A stretch of 63,993 nt of DNA, filler included, from Octopus bimaculoides (Eukaryota): assembly GCF_001194135.2 (NCBI RefSeq). It is 7 parts of 6 records of this genome, joined end to end, with 100 filler letters (N's around TTAATTAATTAA, not from the genome) between each part and the next. Parts side by side here need not be neighbours in the genome. Positions count along the whole stretch, not along the records: positions 51,579 to 56,307 come from NC_068981.1; positions 56,408 to 60,917 come from NC_068985.1; positions 61,018 to 62,833 come from NW_026374417.1; positions 62,934 to 63,993 come from NW_026307383.1; 3 more parts are not named here. One strand, written 5' to 3'. The notes under the pieces are model-generated. The model did no database searches. It was not told the origin of the DNA and saw only the letters and a list, made by a program, of their open reading frames with translations. The translations under genes were made by a program, and so were the position numbers. This document shows positions 53,800 through 63,993 of the stretch, piece after piece (within the stretch, counting starts at the first letter, position 1; every line of letters starts with the position of its first letter).

Positions 53800-54725
53800 T
53801 AATGTTTTGTCCCAAATATTCTTTGTTTTACAACATTGAGGGGTTACTTCCTCACTTTGCAAAATGCGCATCATTGTGCCGAATTATATTTTGAATTATC
53901 TCTAGTAAATCAGTTGTTTTTTTTTAATCCATGGACCGATCAACAATTCGTGTTGTTTTTTAATAGGAGCTGAATTGTCAAATCAGTGCATCTCAGGGAG
54001 TACGAAACATCAGTAAAGTGTTTGGTGAAGATGTGGCAAATGAGCTCACTGTACGTCGATAGTTTTAGATGTTCCGTTCTGGTGACTTTACTCTTGAAAA
54101 TCAGCCCCATGGTAGAACTGAGATCAAAGTTAATAATGACGAGCTGGAAGCTGTAGTGAAGGTGAATACATCTGAAACTACGCGTGAGTTAGCAGCAAGG
54201 TTTGACGTTTCGATTCCGACTGTATTGGACCATCTGATACAAATATGCAAGGTAAAGAATCTCGACAAGTGGATACCACACGAACTGAACGAGCATCAAG
54301 AAACACGAATTTTTAAAACTTACTATTCTTTGCTGTCAGAACATAAAAGCGAACGAACTATTTTTGCAACATATTGTTACGTGTGAGTAAAAGTGGATAA
54401 TTTTCAACAATAGCAAGCTTTCTGCACGGTGGTTGGAGAGAAACGAAGTGTCAAAACACAATACCAAAAAATGGATATTCACTAAAAACAACTACACAGC
54501 TCTTTGCAAGGAACACACTTCAAATCTGAAGAAGATGCAAAAACAGCCTTTCGTGATTTCATCATTTCTTGCTCTCCAGAATTCTTCGCTGCCAGCATAA
54601 GCTACTGATACAATGGTAAACTCGTGTTCATAATTTAGGTGCATACTTTGATTAACTGCATTGCTTTTCGTTGAGATAACTTAAAATAAACTTTCAGTTC
54701 AAAATCAGACATTTTGTTTTTAATG
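53800..54725 (+). mobile_element. Mariner (Hsmar1/SETMAR-like) element, internally deleted and decayed
   Basis: MDRSTIRVVF..GEDVANE.TVRR*F*MFRSGDFTLENQPHGR..KVNNDELEAVV..NTSETTRELAARFDVSIPTVLDHL..I.KVKNLDKWIPHELNE..HIVTCE*KWI.F.N..S.RWL, then a jump near 54490 to LQG.HFKSEEDAKTAFRDFI.S.SPEFFAA.I. Confidence 0.92.
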
Positions 54726-56473
54726 ACATGACATGATATATATATTTATATATAGTAAGGCAACAAAAGAATGAAAGAAACTTCGATATTAGGTAAATAA
54801 AGGAATTTATTTGTCATATAGTATGTGACAGTTATTCGGTTGCCATAATAAAATTCTGAGTTTCGGATGTCGGGGCGGAAACCTGCACCGGCATCTCTTC
54901 AGTTATCGAGGCAGTTAAACCATAATGGCAACTTAATAATTGTCTCATATTATATTACACACACACACACAAACAAACACACATACGCACACACACACAT
55001 ACACACACACACGCACACACACACACATACATACACACACACACACACATATNNNNNNNNNNNNNNNNNNNNNNNNNNNNNNNNNNNNNNNNNNNNNNNN
55101 NNNNNNNNNNNNNNNNNNNNNNNNNNNNNNNNNNNNNNNATATATACACTCGTACACACACGCACCCACTTATGTTTTTGTATGAATTGCAATGTAAGTG
55201 AAATGATTCGTCAGCGACTGTTGTATTTGGTCTCATACATACATCCATTCACACACAATGGGGATGAACAAACTGCTATTTTACAAGATTCTCACTTACT
55301 CTAGATTTCTCCACTAATGATATCGCCCAGGATTTTTTAGGATGTCGGCCCTTCTAATATGTTTCCCGCCAAAGAATTTTCTACTGCCCTATAATTAAAC
55401 GATACCTCCATTCCTAAGTTTCATTTTCCCTGTAAAAAGCATACATGTAATAATCCCTTGACGTCTCAACTATAAATATAATGTATATAATAACTCAAAA
55501 TATATGGAGCTAAATTAACTCTATCTTAATATTATGTGGTATCCCCAAAGACTTTGTCATTTAGAATGCATAATTAAAAGCAAACAAGTATTAATTAGAG
55601 CACTTAAGGCAATAAAACATAATAAAGAACCCCCACAACGAAAGAATGCAAATATTGAAGCCATAAATTGTGAGAAGATTAATCATGAATTAAGACCAGC
55701 GTAAACAAAAGAAATATTAAAAAAAGAAATAAAACTACTGAAACCTAATCTCAGATAATAGAATAACCAAATCACAAGTACAGTAACGTAAATATTTGGA
55801 GAATTACGAAGAAATTGTGATGAATTGAATCTATAATATCTGTTGTTCAAAAATGGTGGTAATGAGTTGTCGTGATGTAAGGAAATGTATATGAAGGAAA
55901 TAATACTGAAATATTAATAAATCTTTACTTATAAAACAACTTCTGTTTCTATTATTGCACCTTCGTATCTTTCTTGGCAATAATTTCAAATATAAGCACG
56001 ATTTGAATAAGAGCACCCCCGAGATAACTCTAGCATTTCAATAAGCATCTGAGAGGTACGCAATATGTCCGTTTGGCATGCATTCATATATACATACATA
56101 CATACAAACATGTACGCAAACGTTCATGCATACACATGTATATATATATATACACACATAAATATCTTAATTTTCCAATTTTTATGAATTTTCCGATTTT
56201 TTTTATATGCTAGGCCACTGGTTTTAAATTGATGTTAATTAAATAAATATTCAATTCATCACCCTCACTATATAAATATTAATTTTAATATATATATCTA
56301 TATATATNNNNNNNNNNNNNNNNNNNNNNNNNNNNNNNNNNNNNNNNNNNNTTAATTAATTAANNNNNNNNNNNNNNNNNNNNNNNNNNNNNNNNNNNNN
56401 NNNNNNNATGTCTGTGCGCGCGTATGTGTGTATCTGATTATGTGTGTGTGTGTGTGTGTGTGTTGCATGTATT

Positions 56474-56504
<31 letters not shown>

Positions 56505-56884
56505 GTATGTGTGTGTGCGCGTGTGTGTTTAATGTAGTAGTGTAGTTTTGCTATTGGACTCCAAGGCTGCTCAATCTGCTTATCTGAAAAAAGGTAACAT
56601 AGGTAAAGAAGATATAGTTACTCGAATCACTGTTAATAACAGTGAGGGCACTGTTTGAATGACAAATGTTTCGTTACATTGCCATGCTGTGCTCACATTC
56701 TACCTCGGCTACAGCCTCGGATCTGCTAGGCAACCTTTTCCTCAGATTCATTACATAATGATGGGCATCCCTATCAGTAGTGATCCACGTTTTATTTCAC
56801 TTTAAATAAATACTCCCTATGGAAATGACAACTCACATTCTACCCGGCTGTCTTGAAAAGAGGTGAAGTATATTTCTGGATATT

Positions 56885-57076
56885 GTAGATGCATGGCTCG
56901 GTGGTTAGAGCGTCGACTTACAATCATGACGTCGTGTATTCGATTCGTACACTTGGCTGTGTGTTGTGTTCTTGAGCAAGACGCTTTATTTTTACGTTTC
57001 TCCAGTTCACTCATCTGTTGAAACGAGTTTACGACGCCATTGGTGCCAAGCTGTATTGGCCTTTACCTTTCACTTG

Positions 57077-57080
<4 letters not shown>
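56885..57080 (+). mobile_element. tRNA-derived CORE-like SINE
   Basis: Head GCATGGCTCGGTGGTTAGAGCG...TTCGATTC; GTGTTCTTGAGCAAGACGCTTTA...CCAGTTCACTCATCTGTTGAAACG aligns by eye to the MIR/CORE consensus GTGACCTTGGGCAAGT..CTTAA...CAGTTTCCTCATCTGTAAAATG. Confidence 0.75.
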
Positions 57081-57156
<76 letters not shown>

Positions 57157-57431
57157 TTTAATATTTCGCTTAGACATTGTGACACTAATAATCTGGTGTA
57201 GAACTCAATACACGTACCCTTCAGGCACTCAACAATGAGTTCACATCTTATAGAGGAAACAGCCATAAGCTAATAAATTTCATAAAATAATCCTTTACTC
57301 CTTTGTCATCTCATTTCCTATACATACATACATACATACATGCATGCATACATACATACGTACATACATACATACATACATACACCACACACACATACAC
57401 ACACACATGCACACGCACACACACACACACA

Positions 57432-57465
<34 letters not shown>

Positions 57466-58027
57466 GTGTTATTAATAGTTTCATATGTTTGAGAAATATC
57501 TCAAACATATTCATCAAGCACCAACCACATATCATAACGAATTCAAAAAAATTGAATAAGCGAAGAAACGCGAAAAAGCTGAGAAGGCAGCATATAGAGT
57601 CCATTTCTTTTTGTTGATCTCTCTATCACGGAACAGTACATTATATATATATATATATATATATAGGTACGTACGTATGTATGTATTATATATGTGGTAA
57701 TTAAATTATATATTATGCACTTTATTGTGTTTTGTGATGCGCGTGATATCCCAGTGTGTGAGAAAATTGTCTTGCATGAAACTGATCCATGGTACAAAAA
57801 AAGGTCGAGAATTGCTGCATGAATGAGAGGACCAGAGTATCGCATTTAGTTCGTAGGGATTATTATGCCTTCATAGTTGTTGTGGCTTAATGGTTTAACC
57901 CCCAGGTCGAATCCTAATCGAACAAACCTATGATCAAAGACAATTCAACTGTGACTATCCTATCTTATTTTTCCTACATGCAGGTTAACCTGGGACAGGA
58001 TCACATTATTCATTAATGAAACATTGG

Positions 58028-58081
<54 letters not shown>

Positions 58082-58608
58082 TGAGAATGCAAATACATAC
58101 TTACATACATACGTACATACATAAATACATAGACAAACGTACAACGTACACAGACACAAGAAAATTCAATATGGCTCACAGAAGCACACATACACTGAGA
58201 CGCATATAAGCAGACTGAACAATCTACGTATTCATTAAAGTACACACACACGCACACCACATACATACACACACGCACACCACATGCAGACACACACACA
58301 CACATGACACAAACACATAAACATACTCTCACAAACACAAACACACAAATACACACCCACACACGTATACACACGCGCATTCACACACACATACAAACAC
58401 AAACACTCAAGTACACACTTACACACGCAAACACACGCCCACACACTCAAACACAAACACACATACAGCCACACATACACATATTCACACATAGTCATAT
58501 GCATACTCACACACACACGCACACATTCACACACACACACACACACTCACACACGCAATGTAAGAAATAGATTTTCACCTGTCAAAGTGTTTTCTTATTA
58601 AACAACAG

Positions 58609-58680
58609 AACTTACCTGAGAGAGGCGATGGGGTGGAGGGTTGTATTAACGGATGGGAAAGGGGTGGGAATAGAACTTAT
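58609..58680 (+). CDS. Candidate exon (NLPERGDGVEGCINGWERGGNRTY, phase 0 to 0)
   Basis: ttttcttattaaacaacag| ... TAT|gtaagt; 72 nt; C..GWE.G...Y echoes the CWGGWEEGDY of exon 20138. A second frame is also open. Confidence 0.3.
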
Positions 58681-58739
58681 GTAAGTGTCAGCAGCTTCTT
58701 TAAGACACACCTGATTACCGTCTTAATAATATCACCAGC

Positions 58740-58843
58740 ATCACTGCCATCATCGTCTTCGTCATCATCACCATCATCACTATCATCATTGTTATTATCA
58801 TCACCATCATCATCGCCATCAATATCGCCAGCATCATTATCAA

Positions 58844-58890
<47 letters not shown>

Positions 58891-59172
58891 CCATTATCAT
58901 CGATCATCATCCATTTCTTTTATCTTTACCGTCAACGTCTTCATCCTCATCACCACTACCACCACAATCACCACCACCATCATCATCAACATCATCATGA
59001 TCATCACCACCACTACCATCATCATCATCATCATCATCATCAACATCATCATGATCATCACCACCACTACCATCATCATCATCATCATCATCATCATCAC
59101 CATCATCATCATCACCACCACCACCATCATCATCATCATCACCACCACCACCATCATCATCATCACCACCAC

Positions 59173-59204
<32 letters not shown>

Positions 59205-59209
59205 CCACC

Positions 59210-59273
<64 letters not shown>

Positions 59274-59290
59274 CCATCATCACCATCACG
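58740..59290. repeat. Degenerate (CAT/CAC)n trinucleotide tract
   Basis: Directly visible; explains the 266-aa Ser/His ORF and the antisense Asp/Gly ORFs. Confidence 0.9.
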
Positions 59291-59797
59291 ACCATCCTTG
59301 TAGAACGTGCAGCAGCTCCGACAGAAAGAAACAAGGAAGGCTCGTGTGTCATTCTGCTCGCAATATGCGATTACAATGCATATCACTTGTTGTACCTATC
59401 CACCGGGGTGCAGTGGGGGTGGCAATGGAATGAAAGTCATTTAGTGTAATATCGCAAAGAATACCAATCATGTACATATAGAAATATGCAGCTAATATAT
59501 GTGAGTGTGTTGTACATGTGCATACACACATTCACACATATATACATAAATATATATATATATATACACCAAGAGAGTTAGGGGTTGAGAATCGTGCATC
59601 TGGGCACACATGTACTCATCTAGCTATATTGTTATGTATACATGCATAGGCATGTATGTTGGAGTTTTTATAACTATTTATATGGTTTTATATACTTTTT
59701 GTAGGCTTTTTTATGTGCCTTATATTTTCATATTTTAATTTTCTATTATCTTTTTATTCTTACTTTATTCTTATTTTATATTTGTATTGAATTTTGT

Positions 59798-59933
59798 AAA
59801 TCCCTGAAGAGGCCTAGCGAATCATGCATGTACCCCCATTACATCATTTTCATCTACTAATTTCTCCGGTGTACGGGAGCTATAGAGATAGAATGGGGCA
59901 TGCCAACGCTAGGCCGAAACAGCTGTAAGTTTT
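59798..59933 (+). ncRNA. Type-I hammerhead ribozyme with extended stem II, in a Penelope-like terminal remnant
   Basis: CTGAAGA (59804-59810), GGCCTAGCG (59811-59819) pairing perfectly with CGCTAGGCC (59907-59915), GAAA (59916-59919), C-AGCT-G palindrome, GTA triplet (59925-59927); stem I decayed. Confidence 0.75.
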
Positions 59934-60885
59934 TGTCCCTTCTCCAATTGCTAAATGTACTTTAAATTTGAAATCTTAATTGTTGATATGACATGGTATG
60001 TCATAATTGTCTGTATATTGTGTTTTTTTGTCAATTTAGTTATAAAATAAACAGATTAATCAACAGAATACAGTGTCTGCAAGTCGATGGGTACCGCATA
60101 TTCTCCTCCATTTTCTTATTGCTATATATATATTCTGAGTATTCCAAACGTAACCTAATGCAATCCTTGTATTATCCTTTGCACACTCTGATGATTTTTA
60201 TATCCAAGGCATTTAAAATGCAAAATTAGAGTTATATATGTTTTGTAATTTTAATTTTGCTTGTGAAATGAAACAATTGTAGGTGACTATGTTAATTAAT
60301 TAATAATATTTGATATTTTACGGTATTTTATATAATATATTCATTGAAGAAACATCTCTTCAAAATATAATACATTAAACCAGTGTATCTTGGATAAAAA
60401 ATATCCCCCTGTAAGAGGTTTAAATGTCCTCATTGTGACTATACACACATACACACACACACATGCACATACATGCACACATATGTATACATATGTACAT
60501 GCACACATATACATGTATATATGTTTGTACATGCATATATGTACAAACATATATACACATATGATATACATACATATATGTGTGTGGCGGGGTGTTTGTG
60601 TGTATGTATGTATGTATGTATGTATGTATGTATGTATGTACGAGGGAGTAGACAAACGAAAGAAGGGCACTCAACAAATTTATTTGGAGTTACGTGTATG
60701 GATCAAAACAGTTTTATTCAAATTCGTTTGATGCTAGCTATCAGCGCCATTTTGAATTTGACGCTTGAAACCTCAAGGGTACCAACGAATTTGAATCAAA
60801 CTGTTTTGATCCATACCTACCTACATACATACATATATATATATATATATGCATACATACATACATATCTTATATAATAAAACAG

Positions 60886-60917
<32 letters not shown>

Positions 60918-61017
60918 NNNNNNNNNNNNNNNNNNNNNNNNNNNNNNNNNNNNNNNNNNNNTTAATTAATTAANNNNNNNNNNNNNNNNNNNNNNNNNNN
61001 NNNNNNNNNNNNNNNNN

Positions 61018-61060
<43 letters not shown>

Positions 61061-61482
61061 CATTTCTTTCCTTCTGTGTCTCTTCTGTCTGGCAATGTTT
61101 ATCGTTTTTTGTTTGCTTTTCCCTTTGTTTTGTTTTTTATTTATGTAGTTTGATTGCTTCTCCTGATTATGTGTCATTTAGTTTTGACCTTCGTTCTGCG
61201 TGGGAAACATACAAGTATACAGCCATAAACATACATATGGACATATATAAGTAACACACACAAACACTCATTCACGTATATACATTCATATACACGTACG
61301 CAGACAATATACGTACAGGTGAAGGTAAAGCGTGTGCATACCACGTATTTCCAGTATTTGTCTTTATTTACTTTTCTCCAAATTTTTTTCTTACCCCCTT
61401 TGGTTAATGTTTACATCTTGACCCGGAAATGTAGATCAAAAAATATACTGGAATGGGTGTAAAATAATGTGTAGGGGTGGGG

Positions 61483-61657
61483 AGAGGACTTCGGGAAATT
61501 CACAAGATCCGAGCTTTTCGCTCGTAACTTTTAGGAAAATGGGGTTTTTTCAATGAAATTTTATAGAAATACCTTTCAAACGGCATACATTACGATTATA
61601 AAGACGTTTGTGGGGAAAATCTTTTCCAAGAGGACTTCGGAAAATTCACAAGATCCG
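61483..61657. repeat. 29-bp direct repeat pair at 146-bp spacing within an unclassified element
   Basis: AGAGGACTTCGG(G/A)AAATTCACAAGATCCG at 61483-61511 and 61629-61657. Confidence 0.8.
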
Positions 61658-61856
61658 TGTTCCATGAAAAATGTAATGGTAGTATTATTTTTACCGTGGA
61701 AACGGAGAATTCCTTCATAGAGCCATGATGTTAGAGCAAAATCAGGATTTTGTGTCTGTACGGGCACGTGTGTGAGAGGGAAAGGGAGAGAGAGAGAGAG
61801 AGAGTAAGTGAAGGTGATGATGGATGTCTTTTAAGGTACACACTTATATAGAAAAA

Positions 61857-62282
61857 CTTTTCTACTCTAGGCACAAGGCCCGAAATTTTTTGGGAGGGGT
61901 CCAGTCGATTAGATCGACTTCAGTACGCAACTAGTACTTAATTTATCGACCCCGAAAGGATGAAAGGCAAAGTCGACCTCGGCGGAATTTGAACACAGAA
62001 CATAAAGACAGACGAAATACCACCAAGCATTTCACCCGGCGTGCTAACGTTTCTTATTTCTTTATTACCCACAAGGGGCTAAACATAGAGGGGACAAACA
62101 AAGACAGACAAAGCGATTAAGTCGATTACAGCGACTCCAGTGCATAACTGGTACTTAATTAATCAACCCCCGAAAGGATGAAAGGCAAAGTCGACCTCGG
62201 TGGAATTTGAACTCAGAACATAACGTCAGACGAAATACCGCTAAGCATTTCGCCCGGATGCTAACGTTTCTGCCAGCTCGCC
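61857..62282 (-). mobile_element. Head-to-tail dimeric SINE, family 1
   Basis: Monomer 1 (62282 down to 62051) ends GTAATAAAGAAATAAGAA and runs directly into ACGTTAGCAC of monomer 2, which ends GTGCCTAGAGTAGAAAAG. Confidence 0.9.
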
Positions 62283-62800
62283 ACCTACACTCATAGAAAA
62301 TGTGACGTTGTCATGGTTGTCGTATAAAATGTTTACGATAGATAACTTATGGAAAAGATTATAATTTAAAATTTTTGTAATTCAAATGTCAATGAAAATA
62401 AAGTTTAGTTAATAGTGGAAATAGTACTGAATTTTTTGATACCCCATACGTGAAAATCGACAACTCGGTTTTGGAATGCATAAGGAATATATGCACCCTG
62501 AAAAACTCCAAAATTGATCCACGCATCCCCCCACTCCGCTACTCAGCAATAAAGGGTGCGCGAGCGCAAACAATCTTTACAGCTCCCAGAAAAGGGAACG
62601 GCTGAAATAGAAGTGAAACAACATGTTATACATACCTGTTGTATACATCGGTCTTGTTTTATTGCTTTAAAGGTTAGCGATTCTCATAGAAGCAAACACG
62701 AATAATTCTCCGTCATATGTCTACTAAAAAACTTAAAATACTTCCAAAATGGGACTTCATCAATGTTTACCTACGTGCGTCTATGTGTAGATGTGTGTGT

Positions 62801-62833
<33 letters not shown>

Positions 62834-63369
62834 NNNNNNNNNNNNNNNNNNNNNNNNNNNNNNNNNNNNNNNNNNNNTTAATTAATTAANNNNNNNNNNN
62901 NNNNNNNNNNNNNNNNNNNNNNNNNNNNNNNNNATATATAAACTTACTTGGACATGGATGCGTGGCATTCAATTAAATAATAATAATAATAACAAATAAT
63001 ATATATATATATGCATATATGGGTACAGGACGTTACCAAACAACATGAAATACCTAAAAACAGGACAAGTAAACACAGAGAAGTGACCCTTCATCAATTG
63101 TCGGCTGTCTATCTACTCCTCGAAATGTTGGGCATAGATTTAATGTAAAAGAGCAATAAAGCATCTCCAGAAGAAAGCTGGAAACATACAGAAGCCACAT
63201 GTTTAGGCTTGCTATTGACAGGCTGGCACTCCATGGGTTACAACGTTGAGAGTTCCAGTTGATCCGATCAACGGAACAGCCTGCTCGTGAAATTAATTTG
63301 CAAATGGCTGAGCACTCCGCAGATACGTGTACCCTCAACGTAGTTCTCTGGGAGATTCAGCGTGACGCA

Positions 63370-63545
63370 GAATGTGACAAGGATGGCCCTTTGAAATACG
63401 GGTGCTACTCATTTTTGCCAGCTGTGTGGACTGCAACAATGGGAAATAAACTATCTTGCTGAAGGACACAGGGTGACGCTGTTTTTCGAACTCATAACCT
63501 TACAATCGTGAACCGAATAGAGTAACCACTAAGCCACGCGCTTTG
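63370..63545 (-). mobile_element. CORE-like SINE, diverged
   Basis: TCTTGCTGAAGGACACAG...CGAACTCATAACCTTACAATCGTG...TAACCACTAAGCCACGCGC, reverse-complement similar to 56885. Confidence 0.65.
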
Positions 63546-63704
63546 ATAGGTAGATTCTGGCTGCTACTTTAGCAGGTCGAACTACTATACAGAAGGTTTC
63601 CTCATCGGCTTCGTAAGATTGAGAGGTAGTTTAGTATTGAGTCCTGGATGAATAATTGTAGAAAATAAGAAAAAAACATTAAGAAGAAAGTTAAAACAAC
63701 GAAA

Positions 63705-63785
63705 TGTTGCATCAGTTAAGAATTGAACGCAGGTAGTTTCGCCAGAAGAATACGAGCCGTTTACCACTGAGCCACCGCGAGAAAC
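63705..63785 (-). mobile_element. Degenerate tRNA-like head (SINE-derived, not a functional tRNA)
   Basis: Minus strand has A-box-like GTGGCTCAGTGGTAA and B-box-like GCGTTCAATTC, but no acceptor-stem pairing. Confidence 0.4.
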
Positions 63786-63993
63786 ATGACTAGAAAAGGG
63801 CGGTAAGTGCTGTGACGACTTGATACGCTGTGAATGGGTAAATGATCTGAGATAAATTAGCAACATGACACACATTTGTGACGTCAAGTGTACAATAGTC
63901 AGTCTTTCCTAATTCGGTGTCAACAGCCACAAAGGAATTAGGTTATGTATGTATGTATGTATGTGTATGTGTGTATGTATGTATGTATGTATG

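Noticed and set aside
58633-59433. 266-aa Ser/His-rich ORF as a single-exon gene
   Set aside because: About 70% trinucleotide repeat, GTG start, and a strong donor 48 nt into the frame.
63705-63785. Possible tRNA gene
   Set aside because: Only A-box and B-box remnants; no cloverleaf pairing.

Overview
AT-rich, microsatellite-dense eukaryotic scaffold, about 10% N gaps. The SINE families and repeat style point to an Octopus/coleoid cephalopod genome (inference). Almost all entries in the supplied ORF track are microsatellite or N-gap artefacts. Supported content: (1) a plus-strand host gene with long introns, seen as two well-supported exons (20138-20229, 30402-30528) that splice in frame to an uncharacterised Cys/Trp-rich peptide, plus weaker candidate exons; (2) a decayed Helitron PIF1-helicase 3' region inside a 2.3-kb block with outward-facing hairpin+CTAG termini at both ends; (3) mariner, maT-like, RTE-LINE and two R4/Dong-type LINE relics; (4) about 20 tRNA-derived SINE copies, including a TSD-flanked monomer and a head-to-tail dimer; (5) several fold-back palindromes or MITEs; (6) at least six minimal type-I hammerhead-ribozyme-like motifs of Penelope-like type. 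One hammerhead has a compensatory U3-A8 core and intact stems, and one has a ~105-nt extended stem II. The hammerheads are the most notable signal. TTAATTAATTAA inside 100-bp gaps is an assembly spacer. All family assignments come from reading the sequence and from recall, not from database searches.
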